A DNA stretch of 61,908 nt from Candidatus Woesearchaeota archaeon (GTDB lineage Archaea; Nanobdellota; Nanobdellia; Woesearchaeales; UBA10216): assembly GCA_043807015.1 (NCBI GenBank), contig JAZDGJ010000047.1, positions 1-61,908 on the forward strand. The letters run 5' to 3'. Positions 53,171 to 61,908 of this stretch are shown here, in pieces. The notes beneath the pieces were generated by a model, which ran no database searches, was not told the origin of the DNA, and saw nothing but the letters and a program-made list of their open reading frames with translations. The translations under genes were made by a program, and so were the position numbers. Numbering within the stretch: position 1 is the stretch's first letter; every line of letters begins with the position of its first letter.

Positions 53171-54006
53171 TCTACAAGAGAAGCATGTACGAGCTTTACA
53201 GAGGGAGTCCGGACAAAAAAGCAAGAGATTTCGTAAATGGCAATACGCCTGATGCGGTAGGAATCAGAAACAGCCATGAAACGCAGCAAAAGACCCTTGA
53301 AATAGTGGTCAGTGCTCTGGAAGCTGAAGGAATAAAGCACGAGGAGATTTACAGGGCAAAGCTGCAAGCTTATTCTGGCATAGACAAGAATGACTTGGTT
53401 GTATCCGTAGGAGGAGACGGCACATTCCTTGAGGTTTCCCATTATCTTTCAAAAGTGCCTTTGCTTGGCGTTAACTCAGACCCTAAAACTAGCATTGGCT
53501 TTTTTTGCACCGCAGATGCCGGAACCTTTCAGGGTATCCTTAGGAATATTAGGAATGCGAAGCTGACTGAATTGAGCCGGCTGGAGCTTGAGCTTGATGG
53601 CAAACGAATGCCTAAACTCGTGCTTAATGAAATCCTGGTTGCACATACAAACCCAGCAACTGTCACAAGGTACAGGCTGTCGGCAGATAACTTCAGGCAG
53701 GAATACAAGTGCAGCGGCCTTCTCGTCTGCACCCCGGCAGGCTCGACAGCGTGGATGTACAACGAAGGAGGGGTAGTTATGCCCCTTACTGCAAGAGAAA
53801 TGCAATATTTTTCAAGAGGCCTAAGGGGAGAGAGTCCGAAGTTTGTAAAGGAACTTGCTGTGCAGTCACTAACAAGAGAAGGGAAAATATATGTTGATGG
53901 CGCACATGTTCAGTATGACTTCACTCTTGGGAGCCAGTTGCGTATAAGAAGTGGCAGCCCGCTTACAGTTGTTGGAGATTTGGAAGCAAAAAGATTGAAA
54001 TTTTAA
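53152..54006 (+). CDS. nadK: NAD kinase
   Basis: VVSVGGDGTFL, NEILV and LLVCTPAGSTAW. Confidence 0.9.
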   Translation: MAATLVVYKRSMYELYRGSPDKKARDFVNGNTPDAVGIRNSHETQQKTLEIVVSALEAEGIKHEEIYRAKLQAYSGIDKNDLVVSVGGDGTFLEVSHYLSKVPLLGVNSDPKTSIGFFCTADAGTFQGILRNIRNAKLTELSRLELELDGKRMPKLVLNEILVAHTNPATVTRYRLSADNFRQEYKCSGLLVCTPAGSTAWMYNEGGVVMPLTAREMQYFSRGLRGESPKFVKELAVQSLTREGKIYVDGAHVQYDFTLGSQLRIRSGSPLTVVGDLEAKRLKF

Positions 54007-55124
54007 TGCCTTGCGATATGCTCAATAATCCGCTCAAGCGCAGCCTGCTCTCCTCTGTCTGAATCAAGCTCTCTGTCAATTGTATCGCCAAGCAGGGGCA
54101 TATCAGAAACAAAGCCAGCAAATCCGAATTCTATTCTAAGAATTCCCGCATACCTCCTTCTTCCCTGGTTGACAGAATCCACAGTTTCCCTTGTTTCCAT
54201 CTCTACGCAGATGCACCCGTTGTCAGCGCCTCTCTTAAGCTGTTCAAAAGTTTGGTTGACGACCGCATTTACATTCAGGTTGAGACCTTCAAAACCATGA
54301 CCTGTGGTCAGTACGTTATGCATCGGATAGACAAACACTCTGCCGTCCTCAAGGTCAGTGTCATCAACTATGCCCGTGGGGAATACAAGGTCATGCCTTT
54401 GCATATCCTCGCGGAGTCCTCCTACCCTGCCAAACATAAACATTTCAATGCGCGGCTTGTCGCCTCTCTCCTTCGCTATTGCCGCATACTCTATAAGCAT
54501 CTTGTCAATGAGTATTCCCGCCTGGTCGGAAAAGACATACCCGAGATTCGCCACTTTCCTCCCATTGACATCTACAATCTGGGAAGGGAGGTATTCATCA
54601 GGCCTTTCTTCAAGAACCTTAGCCTGCTTTGCAACTGCATTCAAAGGACCGAATATTACCCGAGTGATGTCGCTCATTGGTTCTTGTTCAAAAAGCTTCT
54701 TGACAAAGTCATAGGCAAAGTTGTCATAGGCGTGGTTTGTTTTTCTTGCCTTCCCCTCAACTTCCAGCGAGCGGAAAGTTGTGTTGCGGTTGCTTGCCTG
54801 CAAATATGCATCAATCATCTGCTCGTATCTTCTTCTCCTGCCGAAGCCGCTGTACTGCGGAATGTGAAGCCCGCCATGCTGATAATAGAGCGGCTCGCGA
54901 CCGTTGTTCTGCAAAACCCTGTCAAAGCCCCCGCCAACAGATGCAAGCATATGCTCGAGCTTTGACGGCAGCACGCCATTGTGGAGATTTATTGAAGTAA
55001 CATCTTCAGGCGAAACATTCTTACCGAAAAGCCTGGTCTCTGTATATGTCACTATTGCTTCCGGGCTGAATATTGGAGTGCTCATATGTGGCGTTGTAGG
55101 ATTCCAATATTTAAATCTTTCCAT
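54003..55124 (-). CDS. Hypothetical protein, possibly of the PNP/UDP-phosphorylase-like fold
   Basis: FGRVGGL...DLVFPTGIVD... and ICVEMETRE resemble the Gly-loop and EME blocks of the nucleoside phosphorylase/nucleosidase family. The call is weak and by eye only. Confidence 0.35.
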   Translation of the reverse strand: MERFKYWNPTTPHMSTPIFSPEAIVTYTETRLFGKNVSPEDVTSINLHNGVLPSKLEHMLASVGGGFDRVLQNNGREPLYYQHGGLHIPQYSGFGRRRRYEQMIDAYLQASNRNTTFRSLEVEGKARKTNHAYDNFAYDFVKKLFEQEPMSDITRVIFGPLNAVAKQAKVLEERPDEYLPSQIVDVNGRKVANLGYVFSDQAGILIDKMLIEYAAIAKERGDKPRIEMFMFGRVGGLREDMQRHDLVFPTGIVDDTDLEDGRVFVYPMHNVLTTGHGFEGLNLNVNAVVNQTFEQLKRGADNGCICVEMETRETVDSVNQGRRRYAGILRIEFGFAGFVSDMPLLGDTIDRELDSDRGEQAALERIIEHIARH

Positions 55125-55197
55125 TTGTTACTACTAATAAGTAATTATAACTTGTTTTATTCCGATGGCGTTTGAATGAAATTGCTAGAAACGGTGG

Positions 55198-56472
55198 TTA
55201 CTTTCCTATAACCTTCTTCCCCATGTAAGGCTGCAGCACTACAGGCACGTTAATTGAGCCACCTTTGTTCTGGTAGTTTTCAGCGATGGCTGCTAATGCT
55301 CTTCCTGTGGCGACAGCCGTAGAATTCAGCGTATGAACGTACTCTTTCTCGCCCTTGGCATTTGTGTACTTGATGTTAAGCCTTGCAGCCTGGTATGCTG
55401 TGCAGTTGCTGCACGAAACAACTTCCTTGTATGCCTTCTGCCTCGGGAACCAGGCTTCTACGTCGTATTTTCTTGCTGCCACTATGCCTATGTCGCCTGT
55501 GCATATGTCAACAACCCTGTATGGTATCTTCAGCTTCTGGAATATTTCTTCGGCATTTGCCAAAAGCTCCTCATGGAACTTCCACGAGTCTTCTGGCTTG
55601 CAGAATATGAACTGCTCCACTTTGTTGAACTGGTGAACCCTGAAAAGCCCTCTGGTATCAACGCCGTGGCTTCCAATCTCGCGCCTGAAGCAGGCGCTCA
55701 AGCCAGTGAGCTTTAATGGCAGCTCTTTCTCGCCTAGAACCGTGCCCATAAGCATCCCGCCGATTGGGTGCTCTGAAGTTGCAATAAGGTAAGCATCTTC
55801 GCCTTCTATCTTATACATCACCTTTTCAAAATCCTCAAGAGATGTAACGCCCTCATAGGGCTTTTTCTTCATCATCAAAGGCGGAGATACAGGAGTGAAG
55901 CCCTTCTTTACAAGCAAGTCTAATGCGAAATTTATCAGCGCCTGCTCAAGCAGCAGCAGGTCTCCCTTCAAAAAGTAGAATCCTGCGCCGGAAATCTTTG
56001 TTGCGTTCTGGAAGTCAGCAAGACCTCTCTCTTCTAGAAGCTCGCCATGGGCTTTAAGCTCAAAATCCTTCTTCTCAATGGTTCCCCATTTCCTTATCTC
56101 CTTATTGCCTGTGTCATCTTTTCCAACCGGGACGTCCTTGTGCAGTATGTTTGGAAGCCGCATCAGGATGTAGTGCATCCTGTCGTCAAGCTCTGCAAGC
56201 TTTTTCTCAGCATCGGCAATCTTTCCAGGCAGGTCTTTTGCCTCCTTTACTTTTGCCTTTATGTCCTTGCCCTGCTTCTGCAGCTCGTTGATTTCCTTTG
56301 TTATGAGATTCCTGCCATGCCTGAGCTTTTCTATGCTCTCGCGGAGCTTTTTTGCCTCAGAATTCTTCTTAACAAGCTCATCAACCCAGGAAAGCTTCTC
56401 CTTGTCATTCCTCTTCTCAAGGTCCTTCCTGACAGCATCAGGATTTGCAACTACAAATTTTATGTCGAGCAT
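55198..56472 (-). CDS. serS: Seryl-tRNA synthetase
   Basis: An N-terminal coiled-coil arm, then class II motifs: FRREIGSHG, RVHQFNKVEQF and TLNSTAVATGRALAAI. Confidence 0.95.
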   Translation of the reverse strand: MLDIKFVVANPDAVRKDLEKRNDKEKLSWVDELVKKNSEAKKLRESIEKLRHGRNLITKEINELQKQGKDIKAKVKEAKDLPGKIADAEKKLAELDDRMHYILMRLPNILHKDVPVGKDDTGNKEIRKWGTIEKKDFELKAHGELLEERGLADFQNATKISGAGFYFLKGDLLLLEQALINFALDLLVKKGFTPVSPPLMMKKKPYEGVTSLEDFEKVMYKIEGEDAYLIATSEHPIGGMLMGTVLGEKELPLKLTGLSACFRREIGSHGVDTRGLFRVHQFNKVEQFIFCKPEDSWKFHEELLANAEEIFQKLKIPYRVVDICTGDIGIVAARKYDVEAWFPRQKAYKEVVSCSNCTAYQAARLNIKYTNAKGEKEYVHTLNSTAVATGRALAAIAENYQNKGGSINVPVVLQPYMGKKVIGK

Positions 56473-56622
56473 TGTAGTAGCACATATTTAGTGGAATAAA
56501 AAGCTTTTGGAATTCGTTAAGTTTATATATTGAAACTTCCAGGGAAAAATAGCAGAAACAACATAGTGGCTCGGGGAGACTATAACTTGGTAACAGCGCC
56601 TACTGCGACGCACTCGGTTGAA

Positions 56623-57798
56623 ATGGCCCTCAAGAGGGCTGAAACAATTGCAGATATTTCTATCCTTGAAAATCTTATTGAGGAGTTGCCTTCGGACATA
56701 AGGTCATTGACTGTCAGCATTTATCGCGTGCAGACAACAGTTGGAATTCAGCATATTCCGGAAAGCATGCACCCGAAGGTCACGAAGTGGTTCGGTTCTG
56801 TAGAGGCAGCACTTGAACAAACGATAGTGAGAATCGACAACAGGGTGACGTTACAAAGCGCATTGTTTAATGAGCTGCGAGCAAAGCGGCCAATAGAAGC
56901 CCCGTGCTTGACAGATAAAGCCAAGATGAATTTGGTTGACAGGCTTGAAGGATGTGATTTCTGCAATCCTGAACAGTTTACACCCAGCGAGATTATCCCG
57001 GGAAATCCGAACGGCAGGATAAGGGGTAAATACTGCATTACAGCATCCAATGTTGCAAAATATGACGCTAACCATGCTCTCATAATTCCGGACATTCATA
57101 ATCCGCTCCATTTTACACCGGAGAGGCTAAGAGATAATTATGAAGTTGCTTTGCAGTGGTTCGCCGTGCAGTATGAAGCAGACCACGACGCAGCATGCCC
57201 CCTCTTAACACTGAGCGTTTTCGAAAGGGCGGGAAGCTCAGTTGCACATGGTCATCATCAGATGGTAATGTCACGAGGGGGAAACTACAGCAAGCCCGAA
57301 ATGCTCAAAAAAGCTGCGGATGACTACCAATGGCGCACGGGAAGAGCTTATTTTGATGACCTTTATACCGTTCATAAGGCATTGGGGCTGGCATTCGAAT
57401 ATAACGGCAGCCGAGTTATCGTTGAGCTTACCCCTGAAAAAGAGAAGGGAGTTATGATACTGGGCAATACTCCCACGAACTGGGCTGAATTTCCAGGTAT
57501 GGCTGACGCGGTTTGCTTTGTGCTTAATAATTACAAGGAAATGGGGGTTGACAGCCTCAATGTTGCAGTTTTTTTCCCAGCTTGGCCCTTGGATAATGGA
57601 TGGTCAAGGATTCCAATTTATGCGAGAATGGTTGACAGAGGACAACTTAAAACTATGCCTTGTGACATCGGCCCATTGGAGTTGTACGGGGGCACTCCAG
57701 TGATTTCAACAGACCCTTTTGTGGTTGCAAAGAAGCTTAGTTCCAACTTAAGAGAAGAGCAACTGTCACCTTCAGCCCAGCTTGTTCTCCCTAAATAA
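56623..57798 (+). CDS. GalT-like HIT-superfamily nucleotidyltransferase
   Basis: CDFCNPE (compare CPFCPGNE) and VFERAGSSVAHGHHQMV (compare VFEN.G....HPHGQ). The start is uncertain among TTG 56530, GTG 56566 and ATG 56623. Confidence 0.5.
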   Translation: MALKRAETIADISILENLIEELPSDIRSLTVSIYRVQTTVGIQHIPESMHPKVTKWFGSVEAALEQTIVRIDNRVTLQSALFNELRAKRPIEAPCLTDKAKMNLVDRLEGCDFCNPEQFTPSEIIPGNPNGRIRGKYCITASNVAKYDANHALIIPDIHNPLHFTPERLRDNYEVALQWFAVQYEADHDAACPLLTLSVFERAGSSVAHGHHQMVMSRGGNYSKPEMLKKAADDYQWRTGRAYFDDLYTVHKALGLAFEYNGSRVIVELTPEKEKGVMILGNTPTNWAEFPGMADAVCFVLNNYKEMGVDSLNVAVFFPAWPLDNGWSRIPIYARMVDRGQLKTMPCDIGPLELYGGTPVISTDPFVVAKKLSSNLREEQLSPSAQLVLPK

Positions 57799-59638
57799 CA
57801 ATCTGCAGCTTCTCGTGGTTGGTGATTGCATCAGAAAGCATCTTGCCAATCTTGTTCTTCCTGCTGACTTTGAGAAGCCCTTCCCTGCCGACGTGGGCTG
57901 TCATGACATAGTCGCCGTCAAGCATTATGTTGACATTGGTGTCGGAGAAAGCGCGTTCAACATGGAAAATAATGTGCTTCTTGGAAATCTCTGCGTCAAA
58001 AGTCAGCTCCTTGCCTGTGCTTTTTGTTTTCTGCAGCGGCTGGACGTCAATTCCTATGCCGAGCTTCTTCTCAATTGAGGTTATTGTTGCTCCCTGCTTG
58101 CCTATTATTCTTGCCATATCCTTTTCAGGCACATAAATTGTGCATTTGTGGTCTGATGTAACTTCAACATCTGCATCGCTGGCGTATTTCAATATCTCCT
58201 CTTTAATTGCCTTTGAGGCAAGCTGCTTGCTTGGCGTCTGCTTTCCAGCAGAGGCAGAAATAGGCACAACAACTGTCTCTTCGCCGTAGCTGTAAAGCTC
58301 ATATTCAAGCTTCTTTGTCTCAAAATCATTCACCACAACAACAGGTCTTGCCAAATCAGCTTCAGTCATGCCCTCAGGAACTTTTACAGTCATGTTCAGC
58401 GAAAGCACCTTGCCTATGAAGCCGTTCTTTATGAAAATTACAGTGTCTATGACCTGCGGTATTACTCCGAGCTCTATCCTTCCGACAAAACGCTGGATTG
58501 CATCAATCGGGTTTGTTGCATGCACCACTCCAGCCAATCCAATTCCTGCCAGTCTCAAATCTGCGAAAAGCCTGAAGTCGCCTGTGTTCCTCATTTCATC
58601 AAATATGGTGTAATCAGGCCTTGAGAGGAGCAGTATATCGTGGATTTCCTGCGGGCTCCCATGGGAGATAGCATACTGCGTTATATTATCCGGAAGTATT
58701 AAGTCCCTTGGCGCCTCAATAGTCTTTACAATCTTTCCCTGCGCTGCATAAAACTCCGCCAATGCCTGAGAAAATGTTGACTTACCCATTCCAGGAGCGC
58801 CTGCAATCAGTATTCCCTCTGCCTGCTCTGCAATGCGCTTGCCCAGCTTTTCTGAAAGCTTGTAGTCTTCCAGGTTGAGCTTCCTGACAGGCCTTACCGC
58901 AGTGATTTCCCAGCCGTCAGAAAGCGGCGGTCTTGTGATGACAATCCTGTAAGTTCCCAGCTGCACAATTGTTGAGCCAGGCCTTTCTATCTCAATAAAG
59001 CCATCCCTTCTTAAGCCTGCTTCCTCCATTATCTCGCGCGAAATATCCTGCACATCTTCCCTTGTCAAAAGCTGCTCAGAGACTGCCACAAATTGCCAGT
59101 TTCCAGGCACGCCTTTCTTTGCGTAAGGCTTTACGCTTTCCCTCAAATGGACGCTCATTGTGGTTGCGTCAAAAAATGACTCAAGCTTTATCTTCTTGGA
59201 AAGAAGCGCCACCTTGACAAATATCATCTTGATGCCCTTTGCCTGGGCAACCAAAGACTGCACTTTATCGGCTGTGAATAGCATGCCGTCCTGCTCGAAG
59301 GCAAGCTGCCTAATCATGCTGTCTATCTCTCCCATATTGGCGTGCTGTATTTCAATCGGTTTTGGCCTTATGCCTGAAAATTCAAGCCTGAAGCCCATGG
59401 TTTTTGAGAGCTCCTTGAGCTTTTCAATCTCCAATAGCCCAATAAAGCCAATGCTCTTGTTCATGTTCGCCTGGTGCTCAAGCTCTGCCAGGACTGCCTC
59501 GTGGATTATGACTGAATCAACTACGAGCTCCTTGCTTTCAATTTTTTTGCTGACAAGCCCCTCAATAAGCACAGAAGTATCAGGAACAAGCCTCTCAATT
59601 CTGCTGTTCTCCTTAGGCTGCTCAGGTTTCTTTGACAT
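57791..59638 (-). CDS. PIN-domain/PilT-like ATPase/KH-domain protein (archaeal COG1855 type)
   Basis: N-terminal PIN block LVPDTSVLIEG, Walker A GAPGMGKST and the C-terminal KH block RIIGKQGATITSIEKKLG. Confidence 0.85.
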   Translation of the reverse strand: MSKKPEQPKENSRIERLVPDTSVLIEGLVSKKIESKELVVDSVIIHEAVLAELEHQANMNKSIGFIGLLEIEKLKELSKTMGFRLEFSGIRPKPIEIQHANMGEIDSMIRQLAFEQDGMLFTADKVQSLVAQAKGIKMIFVKVALLSKKIKLESFFDATTMSVHLRESVKPYAKKGVPGNWQFVAVSEQLLTREDVQDISREIMEEAGLRRDGFIEIERPGSTIVQLGTYRIVITRPPLSDGWEITAVRPVRKLNLEDYKLSEKLGKRIAEQAEGILIAGAPGMGKSTFSQALAEFYAAQGKIVKTIEAPRDLILPDNITQYAISHGSPQEIHDILLLSRPDYTIFDEMRNTGDFRLFADLRLAGIGLAGVVHATNPIDAIQRFVGRIELGVIPQVIDTVIFIKNGFIGKVLSLNMTVKVPEGMTEADLARPVVVVNDFETKKLEYELYSYGEETVVVPISASAGKQTPSKQLASKAIKEEILKYASDADVEVTSDHKCTIYVPEKDMARIIGKQGATITSIEKKLGIGIDVQPLQKTKSTGKELTFDAEISKKHIIFHVERAFSDTNVNIMLDGDYVMTAHVGREGLLKVSRKNKIGKMLSDAITNHEKLQIVI

Positions 59639-59661
59639 GCCTAAAGAATTAAGCGGCGACT

Positions 59662-60273
59662 TTATAAAGGTTTTTCTTGTTTTATTTGTGACAAGCTATA
59701 TCCAGGAATCAGCGTTACATGCAAGAACCTTTCCTGCGGCGGAATGGCGTCAAAATCAACATAAATTAGGCTTTGATACCTTCTTAAGAGGAGTTCGCCG
59801 TTGTGAACTGGCACAAAAACGCCCTTTGGTTCAAAGAAAACCTTCACGTGAACGGCCGCATTAATCCTTTCCGGTCCATCAGGCCTGAACTCCGTCCTTA
59901 CATCATGGTCATCATGTCCCAAATAGCCGCCATCCTTTGCAATTTTTTTTGCCGCTCTCCAGATTACGTCCTTCAACAGCATTGATTCATATTCATTTAC
60001 CGCAAAGCCTGTAGTTGTGTGAAGGTCCCATATGTGAGCGAGTCCTGATAGGTCTCCAAATCCGTAATCAGCAATCCTCTTATTTACTATATCAGTTAAT
60101 TTGAGAACTCTTGTTTTTTTAAGGGCTTCCACAACAGCAGCCTTCACTTCACTTGGCTCTCCTGTCAGAATTTTCTCTATCCCGTCAGCGGATATTTCCC
60201 GACCCTCTGATGCAGGATTAATTACGATTGGATTAAGTTCTGGAGGCGGGCTTGAACCTTTGTAGCTCGGCAT
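59662..60273 (-). CDS. YjbQ/UPF0047-family protein with an N-terminal extension
   Basis: LHTTTGFAVNEYES and NAAVHVK...ELLLRRYQSLIYVDFD resemble the YjbQ signature blocks. Confidence 0.5.
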   Translation of the reverse strand: MPSYKGSSPPPELNPIVINPASEGREISADGIEKILTGEPSEVKAAVVEALKKTRVLKLTDIVNKRIADYGFGDLSGLAHIWDLHTTTGFAVNEYESMLLKDVIWRAAKKIAKDGGYLGHDDHDVRTEFRPDGPERINAAVHVKVFFEPKGVFVPVHNGELLLRRYQSLIYVDFDAIPPQERFLHVTLIPGYSLSQIKQEKPL

Positions 60274-60275
60274 TT

Positions 60276-61145
60276 TTATCCTTCCTCAAACTCCTTCAAA
60301 AACTTGATTAATTCGTTTGCTGACTCAAAGTCCATGAACTCCTTTTTTGTCAGCGAAGGAAGCGTCTTTGGCTTTTTGTTTTTAAATATTATGAGATTAT
60401 CGGCATCCACCATCTTTGTCAATGACTCCAGCTGCGGGTTTGTCTTGTCGCCTATTTCTGTGAAAATTACCTCTTTTTCTTTCCTTGCCATGATGTCAAA
60501 GGGCACTTTTCTTGCCTCAGAAGCCTCAAAGCCCAAATCCCCGTATTTTTTCACAATAAGCGAAGAGCTTTTCTCAGGCGCTGTTTTCAGCTCGGAGAAT
60601 ATGTCAATTGCCCTGAAGACACCCGGTCCGAATAACCCGTAAAGCGCCTTTGCCTTGTTGACAGATATATCAGAGCCTGACTCATACTTTGAAATCATGC
60701 TCTTTGAAACGCCAATTTTCCTTGAAACCAAGCCCAATGAGTAGCCTGCCTCCTCAATCTTCTTCCTAAGCCTGTCGCCGGAAACTGAAGCCGTAAGCCC
60801 TGCTTTTGTGCTCATGATGAAAGGAAGCTTGTTATCTACAGCATTCCTGAAGGTTGCCTTGTTCAGCGTAAAGACGCCGAATCTTGCATAAACCACATTG
60901 TCCTGCAGCATCATGCCTGCTTTCTCAGCAATCACTATTGGAGAAGCTGAGATATAGCCGCTTACCTTTTTCATCTGCGTGGCAAATTCCTCTGTGATTG
61001 AATTTGCGTCCTCAAGCACCTTAATCAGAATAATCCTCTGGTCTTTCCTTGCCACAATGTCAAAGCAGGTCCTTGTAAGGGTCTTCACAGTAAAGCCATC
61101 CCTAAGAAGCATTACGCCGATTTCCTCCAAGAGGTTCTTTTTCAT
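60276..61145 (-). CDS. Archaeal HTH (XRE-type) regulator, COG1395-like
   Basis: Central HTH IEEAGYSLGLVSRKIGVSKSMISKYESG, with flanking domains of archaeal type. Confidence 0.65.
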   Translation of the reverse strand: MKKNLLEEIGVMLLRDGFTVKTLTRTCFDIVARKDQRIILIKVLEDANSITEEFATQMKKVSGYISASPIVIAEKAGMMLQDNVVYARFGVFTLNKATFRNAVDNKLPFIMSTKAGLTASVSGDRLRKKIEEAGYSLGLVSRKIGVSKSMISKYESGSDISVNKAKALYGLFGPGVFRAIDIFSELKTAPEKSSSLIVKKYGDLGFEASEARKVPFDIMARKEKEVIFTEIGDKTNPQLESLTKMVDADNLIIFKNKKPKTLPSLTKKEFMDFESANELIKFLKEFEEG

Positions 61146-61267
61146 ATTATAGCTGGGGGAGAAGAGTGGTTTTTAAAAGCGTTGCGCTAAAGCCATATCC
61201 CAACCTTTATAAACTGACTCTATTTCCCGATAAGTATTCAAAATTCTTAGAATTTTGGTTTGAGATA

Positions 61268-61807
61268 ATGGCAACTATCACTATAAAAGGGCATGAAATC
61301 AGCGATTTGCCTACTCAGGACTCTTTTGGCAGGCGGGCATTGCAGTATAAGAATAAAATAATCTATGCACTTAGCAAAGCAGGCTTTGTTGCAGATGATG
61401 TGATTATTGACTTGGAACCGATTGCGATAAGGAACGTTCCAGCTTCTGTTACTTGGTACGGCGAAGGTTACCGCATGTATTATGACTACAAGTCAGCCGA
61501 TAGGTATGTTGATAACCTGTCAATCATAAGCCAGGTCATAGAGTTTGAGGTAGATGACTTGCTCTCTGGAAAAAAGACTTTTGGAGATTTTCTCGGGGAA
61601 TTCACCGAAGAAGAAGACGTTGAGGATATGCGCAAAGAAGCAAGGGAAACCCTTGGCGTTGAACATGACGTCCTTGATATGGCTGAAATCGACAAGAAAT
61701 ACAAAAAACTGGCAAAACAGCACCATCCAGATATGCCTGGGGGCAATAACGAAATCTTCAAAAGCATAAATAATGCGCATAAGATTCTTAGGAGAGAACT
61801 GTGCTAG
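61268..61807 (+). CDS. J-domain protein (C-terminal DnaJ domain)
   Basis: IDKKYKKLAKQHHPDMPGG...FKSINNAHKIL contains the HPD motif. ATG at 61268, with TATA CCTTTATAAA upstream. Confidence 0.7.
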   Translation: MATITIKGHEISDLPTQDSFGRRALQYKNKIIYALSKAGFVADDVIIDLEPIAIRNVPASVTWYGEGYRMYYDYKSADRYVDNLSIISQVIEFEVDDLLSGKKTFGDFLGEFTEEEDVEDMRKEARETLGVEHDVLDMAEIDKKYKKLAKQHHPDMPGGNNEIFKSINNAHKILRRELC

Positions 61808-61908
61808 TAATACTTCTCAATCCCGCCAAAGCCTATCTGTTTGTTCTTCTCTGACTGCTTTATCAGATTTGCAAGGGATTTCCTGAAAAGGTCTGGGCGC
61901 TCTCTCAT
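61804..61908 (-). CDS. C-terminal part of a minus-strand ORF running off the window
   Basis: The open frame reads MRERPDLFRKSLANLIKQSEKNKQIGFGGIEKYY*. It may continue upstream of the window edge. Confidence 0.3.
   Translation of the reverse strand: MRERPDLFRKSLANLIKQSEKNKQIGFGGIEKYY

Overview
This 61.9-kb window looks archaeal and is probably from a small-genome, DPANN-like lineage (inference). The evidence is archaeal DnaG, Orc1/Cdc6, RIO kinase, RtcB plus archease, TsaC, SerRS, a PIN-ATPase-KH protein and FtsZ, with TATA boxes about 25 nt upstream of many ATGs. Genes are tightly packed and often overlap as ATGA. I saw no rRNA, tRNA, CRISPR array, integrase or transposase.

Four blocks stand out:

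1. **1..20010, surface-protein island.** It encodes large secreted or membrane-anchored proteins rich in N-X-S/T sequons. They are built from recurring paralogous modules: three family-A copies and two copies of a family-B C-terminal module. Small HTH/RHH regulators, a HEPN-MNT pair and unusual hairpin arrays are interleaved.
2. **20157..24143, alpha-glucan operon.** It holds a wHTH regulator, a GT1 glycosyltransferase, a GH57 hydrolase and three tandem paralogs sharing an NDFSxWVRDV motif.
3. **43200..54006, NAD salvage cluster.** It contains NrtR-like, PncB, PncA, NadE, Nudix-NMNAT and NadK genes, with four GT-N7-AC boxes. An uncharacterised five-gene block interrupts it: Ser/Thr kinase, vWA-like, truncated pyruvate-kinase-like, radical SAM and aminotransferase.
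4. **Candidate structured RNAs.** A ~110-nt element occurs twice (30056..30165 and 38391..38499) with compensatory changes in a hairpin and complementary loops. The second copy sits inside a ~245-nt promoter-preceded candidate ncRNA. A cloverleaf-like junction lies at 16387..16480.

The window also holds two MazF/AbrB pairs flanking an Orc1/Cdc6 gene with three unknown genes, and an unannotated 42-aa Cys/Gly-rich ORF. All functional calls come from motif recognition by eye; no database search was run.
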